Assembly: GCA_038882955.1 (NCBI GenBank)
Contig: JAVZNC010000002.1
Span: 1-64,000, forward strand
From: Candidatus Bathyarchaeia archaeon
Lineage (GTDB): Archaea; Thermoproteota; Bathyarchaeia; Bathyarchaeales; Bathycorpusculaceae
Length of the DNA: 64,000 nt
Direction of reading: 5' to 3'
Made by a program: the position numbers and the translations under genes. Numbering within the stretch: the stretch's first letter is position 1; each line of letters begins with the position of its first letter. Below, one piece after another: positions 8,776 to 19,030 of this stretch. Under the pieces are notes generated by a model. That model saw only the letters and a program-made list of their open reading frames with translations. It was not told the DNA's origin and searched no databases.

Positions 8776-10599
8776 TTAAATTCCAAGCTCTTTCAATTTT
8801 TCCTCGGATGGTTTGCCTTCTCTTGTCCATCCACGAATCTCGTAATACTCTCTTAGCATAAGATCCATGTCCGGAACATGCCGCGCGGTGCCTCCATCTT
8901 GGGGTTCCAATAGCCTCTTTGGAAGGGCGTCATCAAGCGATGATACTCCCCATCTGCAGTTGAGAACCCTTTTTAGGTTAAAGCTTCGTTCTCCTGCCAT
9001 CATAAGACCGTTTACGCTCACTTTCTTGCCGGTTACGAGTTCAAAGAACGTTGAAATTTGTGTTAGGCTAAGACCAGCTGATGATGTGTATTTGCATATA
9101 ATTAATAAATCATATAACTCCATCATGTCTTGCATTTTTTTGACGGTTATGGCTTTGCCTTTTGATTCAAATCTGTCGCCTTGTACCGTTATGCCGATTT
9201 CTGGCGCAAGCCTTCCTCTATCTGGATTATGAGGCCAAGCTAGGTGGCATCCGCCTCTGTTCATTGTTGCATAACTTATAGCATGACCGAAAAACGCTCT
9301 TGGATTATGCGCAGCAACCTCAAGGCCCTTAACGTGAACTGCGAATTCCTCGCTTCCGCGGTTTAATTTTTTTGAGGCTACTTTCACCCCATTAGCTAGT
9401 AAATCGCCTATGCTTTGCCTTTTTGCTATAAGCTCCACCAACTTTACCAAATTTTCGGATGGCCCCCATGTGAGCTCAAGTCCTCCAGTGTCGTCCTTTG
9501 TTAGTATTCCCTTTTCGAAGGCTTCTATGGCAAATGCGAGAACCGCGCCTACTGATATTGTGTCCATTCCCAATCTGTTGCATAAATCGTTTAGTTTTGC
9601 AACAAGTGAAAGGTCATCATTAAGTAGGTTTGACCCTAACATGCATAACGTTTCGAATTCTGGACTGTCTGCTCTCAAACTTGCGTGATTCCCTTCTTTT
9701 ATGTGAATTGTCCGCTTACAGCCAATAACACAATTACAGCACGGGGTTACTTCGTCCAAAATCGTCTGGGATATCTTTACGCCACTGATTTTTTCCACTT
9801 TTCCCTCTTCCCAAACGCCGTCTCTATGGTTTCTTATGGGTATATTTCCCATGTGATAATAGGATTCCATGCCTCCACCAGTGCCATACTTGCGAAGACC
9901 TTGAGACGCAGGGCTTTTAGCTAACTGCATCTGCACTCCCTTTGCGAAATCTAATAACTTGCTTTCATTCACAACGGGAATTTTCCCTGTGCCCTTAACA
10001 GCTATGGCTTTTAAGTTCTTTGATCCCATAACTGCGCCCATTCCAGATCTTCCAGCCTTTCCAACGCCAAAAATTATGGACGCGTAGTAAACGCACTTTT
10101 CGCCGGCTGGTCCTATCGCTCCTATTTGGACAGCATTGTCTTTAAGCTTGCTTTTTATCACATCGTATGTTTCGTAAACATCTTTTCCCCACAAATTTTT
10201 TGCGTCGAAAAATGTGACAGAATCATCGTTTATAAATAGGTAAGTTGGACGTTTCGCCTTTCCACTGAATATAATTAAGTCAAAACCTGCCTTCTTAAGT
10301 TGCTGACCAAACAATCCTCCCGCATGAGATTCGCCCCAAATTCCAAGCGGAGATCTTGCGCAGACGCATAACCTTCCAGAAGATGGCGTAGCCGTGCCAG
10401 TAAGAGGCCCCGTAGAAAATATTAGCAATGCTTCGGGGCTTAAGGGGTCAACATCGGTGGGCATTTCGTCATAAATTATTTTTGCAGCTAAACCTGAGCC
10501 GCCTATGTACTTTTCTCGCAGATCTTGAGATAGATTTTCAGTTTTAACTTCCTCGTTCGTGAGGTTTACCCGCAAAATTTTACCCGCATACCCAGTCAT
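8776..10599 (-). CDS. aor: W/Mo-pterin aldehyde:ferredoxin oxidoreductase family
   Basis: GYAGKILRVNL, GRSGMGAVMGSKNLKAI, CxxCxxxC, EFET, DTIS motifs. Confidence 0.9.
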   Translation of the reverse strand: MTGYAGKILRVNLTNEEVKTENLSQDLREKYIGGSGLAAKIIYDEMPTDVDPLSPEALLIFSTGPLTGTATPSSGRLCVCARSPLGIWGESHAGGLFGQQLKKAGFDLIIFSGKAKRPTYLFINDDSVTFFDAKNLWGKDVYETYDVIKSKLKDNAVQIGAIGPAGEKCVYYASIIFGVGKAGRSGMGAVMGSKNLKAIAVKGTGKIPVVNESKLLDFAKGVQMQLAKSPASQGLRKYGTGGGMESYYHMGNIPIRNHRDGVWEEGKVEKISGVKISQTILDEVTPCCNCVIGCKRTIHIKEGNHASLRADSPEFETLCMLGSNLLNDDLSLVAKLNDLCNRLGMDTISVGAVLAFAIEAFEKGILTKDDTGGLELTWGPSENLVKLVELIAKRQSIGDLLANGVKVASKKLNRGSEEFAVHVKGLEVAAHNPRAFFGHAISYATMNRGGCHLAWPHNPDRGRLAPEIGITVQGDRFESKGKAITVKKMQDMMELYDLLIICKYTSSAGLSLTQISTFFELVTGKKVSVNGLMMAGERSFNLKRVLNCRWGVSSLDDALPKRLLEPQDGGTARHVPDMDLMLREYYEIRGWTREGKPSEEKLKELGI

Positions 10600-10658
10600 T
10601 TTTGAACCCTTCGAATCAATTTTGAAGCGTTAAATCTATGTCGAAACAGTAAGATCTG

Positions 10659-11027
10659 CTATTTTTTGGCTCTTTGTCTTATGCTTTTCTCGTCTCCAGG
10701 AGGTGTGTAAACCCACAAAAATTGAAGTTCTTCTTCTCCAGAATTTTCTATGGTGTGTATTTCGTTAGGCGGCAAGTAAACTAGATCGCCGGCCTCGAGG
10801 ATTTGCACTTCTTTCGCGCTTGAAACTTTAGCCTTTCCCTTTAGAATGAAGATTGTTTCTTCGCCCGTATGAGCATGCGGAGCACCTTTCTCGCCTGTTG
10901 GATAAACTGTGAACCCTAAAGCTAGATGTTTTGAGCCTAAAACAGGATCCATCAGTATTTTGGTTACCTTTCTGGATGGTGGAGGCGCAGGAAATGTGGG
11001 GGCATTCTCTTTTCTAACTATTATCAC
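10659..11027 (-). CDS. Cupin_2 domain protein
   Basis: HAHTGEE...G and LPPNEIH metal-binding cupin motifs. Confidence 0.85.
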   Translation of the reverse strand: MIIVRKENAPTFPAPPPSRKVTKILMDPVLGSKHLALGFTVYPTGEKGAPHAHTGEETIFILKGKAKVSSAKEVQILEAGDLVYLPPNEIHTIENSGEEELQFLWVYTPPGDEKSIRQRAKK

Positions 11028-11851
11028 TTTTTACCACCTTTTTCTAATGGAGAGACACCCGGGGGATATTTTGATTTCAATTCCTCTATAAATTCCGATA
11101 GTTTATTAACGACAGCGTTTACTAGTTTTTCGCCTTTCTCACGCGTTGCCTTTGTTGCATCGCCAAGTATGCCTAACTTGTACATTTCAACTTGAAAGAA
11201 AGAGTGGGTGATGTTGTGTCCGGGGAAGCCTCCTTCTTCGGGCATTCCGGTTGGTCCGCCGAACCATTTCCTGTTAACTATACTTGGTGCGGTTTCTTTG
11301 CTGGCCTTACTCATATCAACAAGTTCGGGATACAGCGCAAGAGCCACGGAAGTTTCAGTTTCATCAGCATGCACGAAATGTGTCTCGCAGACCTCGTCGA
11401 TCGTTTTCCTGATGAGTTCCCACCATGTGGCAACTGCGATAAAAGCTTTGGTTTCTAATGCTAGCTCGTGTAAGGCCCCGACGTAAACCCATTGCTGTCC
11501 ATGTCCATTTAATATTATTACCTTCTTAAAGCCGTTCTTTACGAGCCCAGTTACAACATCCTTTACAAACTGTTTGAGCACGTCCGACCTTATGGGAACA
11601 GTTCCTGGAAAACCATATTGCATGTACATGTGGGCGCCATACCATATTGGAGGAGCAACTAGCACCCCTGTTTTTTTCGCCACAAGCTCTGCTATTTTCT
11701 GGCTGTTCAATGAATCTGAACCCACGGGGCAGTGAGGACCATGCATCTCTATTGAGCCAACAGGAACTAAAATAATGTCACAGACTTTAGTGTGCTCGAC
11801 TATCTCGGGCCAGCTTAATTCATGATACCATACACTTTTGTTTTTTAACAC
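11024..11851 (-). CDS. Creatininase-family amidohydrolase (NGHGQ variant)
   Basis: GSIEMHGPH..D, NGHG, HADETETS, G(I)LGD motifs. Confidence 0.85.
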   Translation of the reverse strand: MLKNKSVWYHELSWPEIVEHTKVCDIILVPVGSIEMHGPHCPVGSDSLNSQKIAELVAKKTGVLVAPPIWYGAHMYMQYGFPGTVPIRSDVLKQFVKDVVTGLVKNGFKKVIILNGHGQQWVYVGALHELALETKAFIAVATWWELIRKTIDEVCETHFVHADETETSVALALYPELVDMSKASKETAPSIVNRKWFGGPTGMPEEGGFPGHNITHSFFQVEMYKLGILGDATKATREKGEKLVNAVVNKLSEFIEELKSKYPPGVSPLEKGGKK

Positions 11852-11864
11852 TTTATCTTCGCCT

Positions 11865-12794
11865 TTACTTTGGTATGGCTAAACCTTTTGCTCCTTTTTT
11901 GGATTGAACAGCTTCGGGATAATACTTTTTGACTATCCTATCCACTAAGACGGCTTGGATGGCCATTCTTACGCCTTCATCTTTCGTTGTCGGTACACCG
12001 TGACTTACCAGCGCCGAGTTTCCAGTTTTCAAGTGTATGGGTGCACCTACTTTTACCATTTCTGGCGCTTCATAGGTCCTGATCATTCCACCGGTGGATG
12101 CAGGATTGTCCACGTGTATGTCGATTGGCACCTTAACACTCTGCCGTAGGGCAGCAATCATGGGCAAAGTCAAGTCCCTTACAGGATTTATAGAATCAGC
12201 ACCTAATGATTCCAGCACCTTGAATGACACTGGATTTCCGTGACCGCAGTGGGCAGACAACTTAAAGCTGACATCCTTTGGGATTTCCCCATCCTTCCTC
12301 ATTTCGTTTAGCAACCACAGGAAACCTTCGTCGTAGACCAGTATTCCTCTGCAGCCAAGTTCCACAGCTCTTTTAACATCCTCAACAGCCCTGACAACCT
12401 GTTCCATTCCCCTAAGCCGATAGCCAATTCTACCCGCTTCAGCCGTGCCTGTTGCCCTTTGAGGACTTAAGTCATATGCCGCTCTTGGACCCACTGACAA
12501 GTTGATCTCAACTTTATAATCCTTTGCAAGTTGTATGTACTCTTTTAATTCTTCGTCTGTATGACGCATGATCCCCCGTGTTTCGTCAATCCTGTTAATG
12601 GTCACACCGTATTTCTCAGCGGTTTCAAGAACAGCCCTCATTGTCTCCGCAGAGTTGACAGTAGGAACCTCCAGTCTGTACTGCGCGCCATCAGGAAATC
12701 TTAACTTTGATTCTGGCAATTCGTAAAGGTCGTGATCTGGAAAACCCTTTTTCCTCAAATATGCACGTGTTTCTTTTCCAACTAACATAGGCAT
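11865..12794 (-). CDS. Uncharacterised TIM-barrel protein (U32-peptidase-like family)
   Basis: RFPDGAQYRLEVP, GPRAAYD, GIL.YDEG, GADSINP, PIDIH motifs; no clear function. Confidence 0.55.
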   Translation of the reverse strand: MPMLVGKETRAYLRKKGFPDHDLYELPESKLRFPDGAQYRLEVPTVNSAETMRAVLETAEKYGVTINRIDETRGIMRHTDEELKEYIQLAKDYKVEINLSVGPRAAYDLSPQRATGTAEAGRIGYRLRGMEQVVRAVEDVKRAVELGCRGILVYDEGFLWLLNEMRKDGEIPKDVSFKLSAHCGHGNPVSFKVLESLGADSINPVRDLTLPMIAALRQSVKVPIDIHVDNPASTGGMIRTYEAPEMVKVGAPIHLKTGNSALVSHGVPTTKDEGVRMAIQAVLVDRIVKKYYPEAVQSKKGAKGLAIPK

Positions 12795-12932
12795 ACACTT
12801 TTAAGTAGCGACAAACAGTACAAATATTTAAAGTTTCGCTGACCATAGGCGCATGTTGCTCATTGCCTTTTAAAATTTATGCTTCAAAAGTTGCGTGCTG
12901 CACTTTCTTCCAAAATTCAGGTTTATGCTTGA

Positions 12933-14222
12933 TCATTCAGGATAATTTATCACATCTTTTTCTTTAAGTTCTTCCAACTTTTTCTCGCTTAAGCCGACAA
13001 GTTTTTTCAAAACTTCTTTGGTATCTTCTCCAAGTTTTGGAACACCTTTCCAAATTTTCCCAGGGGTTTTTGAAAATTTGGGGACTATCCCTATTTGCTT
13101 TACTAGTGTTTCAGTCGTGGAGTCCAGAACATCAACTATGTGGCCTCTGGCAATCCAATGTTTGTCTTTTAAGGCGTCGTCGGGAGTTGACACTCTAGAG
13201 CACGGCACATCGTACTTGTTGAAGTGTTCTTCCACCTCTTCTCTTATGCGGCCCTTAAGGTATTCTTTGAGTATTCTGTCTAGTTCCCTTCCCTTTGGAC
13301 TGGCGATAGCTTCTGGGGTTCCGGAGCATTCCTCATATGGAAAATCTTTAGGATTAATGCCCGTGGCTTCAGCAAGGGCTTTTATGAATCTATTATAGGT
13401 TAGTGGTCCAACAGCTCCTATTGCAACCCATCCGTCTTTTGCTTTATAGAGCCCGTAAGGTTGTTGGTTGAAAACGCGATAAACTCCCTCTCCTTCTCTT
13501 AATACACCGAGGTTATAATACATTGTATGGTACATCTCAATTATCCTCGAAATAGCCTCAAACTGTGCTGTATCTACAACTTGTCCTTCCCCAGTTTTTT
13601 GCGCATAAATGTACGCTGCTAATGCTCCGATTGCTCCAAAAAGAGCTGTAATGTAATCTCCAGCGTAGAGAGGCAACCTATAAACTTCGTATTCCGGAGT
13701 TGAGGCTAGTTTACACCATCCTGAGTATGCTTGCGAGATTATATCATAGCTACCCCTTTTACACTTTTTCGGATCTCCGCCGAACTCCGGCCTGCCATAT
13801 CCGCTAACGTGCACTATCACTATTTTTGGATTTGCCTTTAAGATGTCTTCATCTTTTATTCCGAATCGTTCTTCAAGCCAAACTAGGCTTTCAACGAATA
13901 TATCTGATTGTTTGATGAGTGCATAGAAAATTTTCTTTCCCTCTTCGGACTTCATGTCGAGTGCGACGCTAAGTTCATTTCTTCTTACACAGACGAATTC
14001 TCCACCAATCTTTTTACCTTTAGCCTCGTAAAATGGGGGAAGCAGCCGCATGGTATCACCTGTATCTGGCCTTTCAATGTGTAGCACTTCTGCTCCAAGA
14101 TCGCCGAGTAATGTGCCAACAGTTGGCCCAGCGACAATGCTTCCCGCAACTAGTACTCTTATTCCGCTAAGCGGACCATATTTAGGCGAAAAAAGTGGCG
14201 CTGGAATTCTTTCTGTGGTCAT
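12933..14222 (-). CDS. Family III CoA-transferase (CaiB/BaiF)
   Basis: GPLSGIRV..AGP..LGDLGAEV, GD..R, YD..SQ, catalytic Asp in YAGDY, P.LGEDT. Confidence 0.9.
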   Translation of the reverse strand: MTTERIPAPLFSPKYGPLSGIRVLVAGSIVAGPTVGTLLGDLGAEVLHIERPDTGDTMRLLPPFYEAKGKKIGGEFVCVRRNELSVALDMKSEEGKKIFYALIKQSDIFVESLVWLEERFGIKDEDILKANPKIVIVHVSGYGRPEFGGDPKKCKRGSYDIISQAYSGWCKLASTPEYEVYRLPLYAGDYITALFGAIGALAAYIYAQKTGEGQVVDTAQFEAISRIIEMYHTMYYNLGVLREGEGVYRVFNQQPYGLYKAKDGWVAIGAVGPLTYNRFIKALAEATGINPKDFPYEECSGTPEAIASPKGRELDRILKEYLKGRIREEVEEHFNKYDVPCSRVSTPDDALKDKHWIARGHIVDVLDSTTETLVKQIGIVPKFSKTPGKIWKGVPKLGEDTKEVLKKLVGLSEKKLEELKEKDVINYPE

Positions 14223-14269
14223 TTTCTATTTTATACCTCCAAGGCAAAAACTTCCACTATCGATTGCTC

Positions 14270-16234
14270 TTAGAATTGAGGTTTTCTCCTGTACATAAAT
14301 GCTTGTATACCTTCAGCAACACCTTTTGTTAGAGAGATATCACCTGAAACAGTGGATTCTATAAAGCATCCAGACTCTAAATGAGACGTTACCCCTAGGG
14401 CTACTGCCTTCTTTAAGTATCCAACCGCAAGCGGAGGAAGTTCCGCCACCTTCTTAGCGAATTCAATAGCCTTATCCATAAATGCCTCGCTGGGATACAC
14501 TTCAGAAACTAAGCCAAGTTCCAACGCTTGTTGTGCGTCAACATTTTTTCTTAAGAGTATGATTTCTTTAAGCTTTCCAACGCCAACCAGATAAGCCAGC
14601 CGCTGTGTTCCACCCCACCCAGGTGTTATTCCAAGATTGAGTTCTGGAAGTCCAAGAAATGCCTTATCGCTCATTACTCTTAAGTCACAAGCCAGAGCCA
14701 ACTCAAACCCTCCTCCAAGTGCTGGGCCATTTATTGCGGCAATTACTGGTTTTGGATAGAGCTCAATTCTTCTTAGAACTTTGTGGCCTTTTTGGCTTGA
14801 TTCGACAACAGCTTCAGGTTTTCCTGAGGCAAATATTGAGATGTCTGCTCCAGAGCAGAAGTTTCTACCCACTCCTGCAATTATCACAGCTTTTATTTCC
14901 TCGTTGTCTTCAAACATGTCTAGTGCGTCATTAATCTCTGCGAGGAAGGTCAGATTAAGCGCGTTTGCCCTCCTCGGCCTGTTGAGGTATATGATGCCGA
15001 TGTCGCCTAGTTTTTCGACAAGGACAAACTCGTATTTTCCTCGTCCATATTCATAGAAGCCTTCACAAGTTTTTCTTCCAAGCTTGTTTTCTTTAATCAT
15101 TCTCTCAAGCAAGGGGTTAGGCTTGTACCTTTCCTCTTTGTATTTTCCATAAAGTTCTTCCAACTTTGCCACTATCTTGTCGATTCCTATGTCATCAGCC
15201 ATTCTTAGGAGACCTCTTGGATAATTAAGCCCATTTAAAACTGCGAGGTCTATTTCTTCCGCGGTTGTTATGCCTTTTTCAACTAGCCACGCGGCTTCAT
15301 TGACTGCTGGAGCGATAAGCCTAAGTAAATCAAATTTTGCCCCTGCCCTTAGCGGCACCTCGTTCGTTTTTTCCTCACTCCAGTCATAGAAGCCTTTTCC
15401 GGTTTTCTTTCCGTAATGTCCTGCCTTGTAAAGTCTTTCAAAGATTGGTGCAGGTCTATACGTTTCTCCAAGTGTTTTTCTAAAGTATTCTAGAACGTGG
15501 TAGCTGATATCTATGCTTCCTCCGCCAAGAACATCATGAAGCTCAAAGAGACCCATTGGAAGCCCGATTCTATATTTGATTGCTGAATCGATTTCCTCCA
15601 ATGTGCCTTCGCCCATTTCTAAAGCCCAAGCAGCTTCATTTGACATTGTAACGAAAATTCTGTTCACAATGAAACCTGGGACGTCTTTTTTAACGTGAAC
15701 TATGATTCGCTCGATTTCCTTTGCAAAATCTTCTACAATTTTAACGGTTTCTTGGCTGGTTTTTTCACCCCAAACGATTTCAAGCAATTTCAGAATTTTT
15801 GGTGGATTAAAGAAGTGCATTCCTATTACTTTTTCAGGTTTTTTGGTTGCGGTTGCGATTTCGGTTATGCTTAATGACGATGTATTTGTAGCAAATATGG
15901 CGTGCGCTGGAGAGTGCTTTTCAATTTCGCTAAAAACTTTCTTTTTCAAGTCCATTATTTCAGGTACAGCTTCGATTACGATGTCGGCGTCTTTCACAGC
16001 TTCGGCTAAATCTGTGGTTGTCTTTATTCTATTCATGATGTCTTCTATGTTTTCTTTTATGTACCCCTTATCGTAACTGCTCTTGAGTTCTCCTCTTATC
16101 CTTTCAACAGCCTTTTTTAATATTTCCTCGTTTACATCTACCAATTTCACCTGAAAGCCTTTAGTTGCAACCACCTCTGCGATGGCACTTCCCATGGTAC
16201 CCGCGCCTACAATCGCTACATTCTTAATGTTCAA
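14270..16234 (-). CDS. 3-hydroxyacyl-CoA dehydrogenase / enoyl-CoA hydratase fusion
   Basis: GAGTMG, NTSS, GMHFFNP, PGFIVNR; C-terminal crotonase with GGGFE, PE..LG..PGWGGTQR. Confidence 0.92.
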   Translation of the reverse strand: MNIKNVAIVGAGTMGSAIAEVVATKGFQVKLVDVNEEILKKAVERIRGELKSSYDKGYIKENIEDIMNRIKTTTDLAEAVKDADIVIEAVPEIMDLKKKVFSEIEKHSPAHAIFATNTSSLSITEIATATKKPEKVIGMHFFNPPKILKLLEIVWGEKTSQETVKIVEDFAKEIERIIVHVKKDVPGFIVNRIFVTMSNEAAWALEMGEGTLEEIDSAIKYRIGLPMGLFELHDVLGGGSIDISYHVLEYFRKTLGETYRPAPIFERLYKAGHYGKKTGKGFYDWSEEKTNEVPLRAGAKFDLLRLIAPAVNEAAWLVEKGITTAEEIDLAVLNGLNYPRGLLRMADDIGIDKIVAKLEELYGKYKEERYKPNPLLERMIKENKLGRKTCEGFYEYGRGKYEFVLVEKLGDIGIIYLNRPRRANALNLTFLAEINDALDMFEDNEEIKAVIIAGVGRNFCSGADISIFASGKPEAVVESSQKGHKVLRRIELYPKPVIAAINGPALGGGFELALACDLRVMSDKAFLGLPELNLGITPGWGGTQRLAYLVGVGKLKEIILLRKNVDAQQALELGLVSEVYPSEAFMDKAIEFAKKVAELPPLAVGYLKKAVALGVTSHLESGCFIESTVSGDISLTKGVAEGIQAFMYRRKPQF

Positions 16235-16359
16235 CGATCTTCACCTTGTGGGAATCTTGTTTTTAGAGATATATTTCGAGTGCTAATAAAAGTTGTTGAC
16301 ATAAGGTTTAAATCCAAACGTGATTCTCCATAGTTCGAGACGTTGTGGATGTGCATTTT

Positions 16360-17553
16360 ATGCCTGGTGTAAAGGACAAGGTTGCCATAATAGGTATGGG
16401 TTGCACAAAGTTTGCTGAGCATTGGGATAAAAGCGTTAACGATTTAATTGTTGAAGCTTGTTATGAAGCCTTTGAGGATGCCAACATAGATCCTACAGAC
16501 ATTCAAGCTGCGTGGTGGTCGACAGCGAGAAGCGGTGAACTTGGACGCAGCTTATCTTACCCTTTAAAACTTGATTACGTTCCGGTTACACGCGTCGAAA
16601 ATAGATGCGCAAGCGGCCACAATGCTTTCATAGATGCTTGCTATGCTGTTGCTTGCGGTGCGTTTGATATCGTTCTAGTTTGCGGTGCAGAGAAACTCAA
16701 GGATACGGGGTTACCGATACCAGGAGACAGTAATCCTGCAGACCTATACACCAGCAGAGTTGACCCCCGCTTTATGCCAGTGACAGCCTTCGCCCAACTT
16801 GCTTTAAGATATTTTCTACGTTATGACATTCCAATTGATGAAGGCAGGAGAACCCTAGCCAAGATCGCAGTTAAAAACCACTATAATGGCTCTTTGAACC
16901 CTAAAGCGCAGTTCCAACGCAGAATAACCCTTGAAGACGCGTTAAACGCGCCGATAGTTGCTTGGCCTTTAGGACTTTATGATTGTTGCGGAGTTAGTGA
17001 TGGTGCAGCAGCAGCCGTTATTGTTCGCGCTGATCTGGCCAAAAACTATAGGGAGGATTATGTTCTTGTGAAGGGTGTTGGGATGAGTACTGGATTTTAT
17101 CAAGGTCAAGTGCAGGATGATTGGAACTTAACGCACATAGAAGAAAATTTTAGAGCTGCCAAAATGGCTTATTCGGAAGCTGGTATTAATAATCCACGTA
17201 AAGAGTTAGACATGGCTATAGTGCATGACTGCTTCACAATACATGAACTTGTAATATATGAGGATCTTGGCTTCGCTCCTCGAGGCAAAGGGAAGGAGGA
17301 CGTAGATGCGGGAACCTTTGAGTTGAAAGGCGAATTACCCGTAAATACGGATGGAGGGCTGAAATCTTTTGGGCACCCTGTAGGCGCTAGTGGGCTTAGA
17401 ATGATGTACGAAGTTTACAAGCAACTTCAAGGGAAAGCTGGTCAACGCCAGGTAAATATAAGAAAACAATTAGGTCTATCGCACACGTGTGGTGGCACCC
17501 CAGTTGATTCTCAAAATGCCGCCGTAGTTATACTTGGACTTAGGGGGAGCTAG
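16360..17553 (+). CDS. Acetyl-CoA C-acyltransferase (archaeal/SCP-x-type thiolase)
   Basis: ENRCASG, HDCF, GGL.SFGHPVGASG. Confidence 0.9.
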   Translation: MPGVKDKVAIIGMGCTKFAEHWDKSVNDLIVEACYEAFEDANIDPTDIQAAWWSTARSGELGRSLSYPLKLDYVPVTRVENRCASGHNAFIDACYAVACGAFDIVLVCGAEKLKDTGLPIPGDSNPADLYTSRVDPRFMPVTAFAQLALRYFLRYDIPIDEGRRTLAKIAVKNHYNGSLNPKAQFQRRITLEDALNAPIVAWPLGLYDCCGVSDGAAAAVIVRADLAKNYREDYVLVKGVGMSTGFYQGQVQDDWNLTHIEENFRAAKMAYSEAGINNPRKELDMAIVHDCFTIHELVIYEDLGFAPRGKGKEDVDAGTFELKGELPVNTDGGLKSFGHPVGASGLRMMYEVYKQLQGKAGQRQVNIRKQLGLSHTCGGTPVDSQNAAVVILGLRGS

Positions 17554-17554
17554 A

Positions 17555-18946
17555 ATGGTTGGAATATCCGCTTATGGCGTTCACATTCCCATTTGGCGAA
17601 TGAGGCGAGAATTGCTGGGCGAAGGTCTTAGTGGTGAACGTTCAGTAGCTGGTAAGGATGAAGATAGCCTAACGATGGCTGTTGCTGCAGCGTTGGACTG
17701 CGTTGATGGTATGGGAATTGACTCTGTTGATGGCGTTTTCTTTGCTTCTACGACATCCCCGTTCAATGAAAAGAGCGCTTCTGCCACAATAGCTGCGGTT
17801 CTCGGCGTTCGCCGTGACGTTTTTACTGCGGATTTTTCTGGATCGCTAAAGGCAGGCACCAACGCGTTAAAAGTTGCATTTGACATGGTTAAGTCTGGCT
17901 CTGCAAGGCAAATACTCGTTACAGCTGCCGATTGCCGATTAGGAGCGCCGGGCACAAGCCTTGAACAAACATTTGGAGATGGCGCAGCGGCTTTTCTGGT
18001 AGAAAAGGAAGGTAAAATTGCAGATGTGCAATCCAGCAAACATGTCTACGATGAGATATATGACTTGTGGCGCCGGGACGTTGACATATTCGTCAATTCA
18101 TGGGAAGATCGATACGTATACCCATGTGGCTATCTTAGGGTTGTCAAGGAAAACATTTCAAAACTGATCAGCGAGGCAGGGTTAAACGCAAAGGAATTGG
18201 CTAAAGTGGTGCTTCCAGTCCCGGAAATGAGAAGAGGGTTAGAGCTGGCTAGAAGTTTAGGTTTAGACCCCAAGGTTCAACTTCAAGATCCTTTGATGGA
18301 GACTGTTGGCAACACTGGAGTAGCGCAGCCTTTAATGCTGTTTGCAGCAGCGCTAGAAGAAGCAAATTCTGGCGATAAGTTGTTGATGGCTAGCTATGGA
18401 AGTGGCAGCGACGCTTTCCTTTTCAAGGTTAAAGAGAGTGCCAAAAAGCGTAAAATAGCCGCCAAAATTGCAAACAAAAAGGAGTTGCATGATTATGCTA
18501 CATACCTTAAGTGGCGCAAACTCGTTAAATTACCTGAACCAAGAGTGGACATGACCGTCTCTTACCCTAGCGCAGTGGCAATTTGGCGAGAAACCAATAG
18601 AATCTATCCACTGCATGGAGTTAAATGTAAAATATGTGGTGCAGTTCAGTATCCACCACAAAGGGTATGCATCAAATGCCGATCCAAAGACAACTTCGAA
18701 GAAGTTCGACTATGCGACAAGAGGGGCAAACTGTTTTCCTATTCCTTTGATCCACTAAGGGAAAACACGCCTATAGGCTTAATCAACTTGGAAGGCGGAG
18801 GTAGAGTTTTCCTAGACTTAACAGATGTGGAGGCAGAGGAACTGAAAATCGACTTACCAGTAAAGTTAACCTTTCGAAGGGTGGATTTAAGGCGCGAAGA
18901 CGGCATGTACGTTTACTTCTGGAAAGCCACACCGATAAGAGAATGA
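17555..18946 (+). CDS. HMG-CoA-synthase-like fold + DUF35 (Zn-ribbon/OB) fusion, thiolase partner
   Basis: DEDSLTMA, GDGAAA, GNTG, SYGSG; C-terminal CxxC...CxxC and YFWKATP; the usual catalytic Cys appears absent (GSLKAG). Confidence 0.8.
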   Translation: MVGISAYGVHIPIWRMRRELLGEGLSGERSVAGKDEDSLTMAVAAALDCVDGMGIDSVDGVFFASTTSPFNEKSASATIAAVLGVRRDVFTADFSGSLKAGTNALKVAFDMVKSGSARQILVTAADCRLGAPGTSLEQTFGDGAAAFLVEKEGKIADVQSSKHVYDEIYDLWRRDVDIFVNSWEDRYVYPCGYLRVVKENISKLISEAGLNAKELAKVVLPVPEMRRGLELARSLGLDPKVQLQDPLMETVGNTGVAQPLMLFAAALEEANSGDKLLMASYGSGSDAFLFKVKESAKKRKIAAKIANKKELHDYATYLKWRKLVKLPEPRVDMTVSYPSAVAIWRETNRIYPLHGVKCKICGAVQYPPQRVCIKCRSKDNFEEVRLCDKRGKLFSYSFDPLRENTPIGLINLEGGGRVFLDLTDVEAEELKIDLPVKLTFRRVDLRREDGMYVYFWKATPIRE

Positions 18947-19030
18947 ACGTCTACAAACTTCATTAATTTCAAGAGCTCATAGCAGAAAAATTGAAAAACT
19001 TCCAAGTTGCCTATAAAAGCGGTGCACGTC

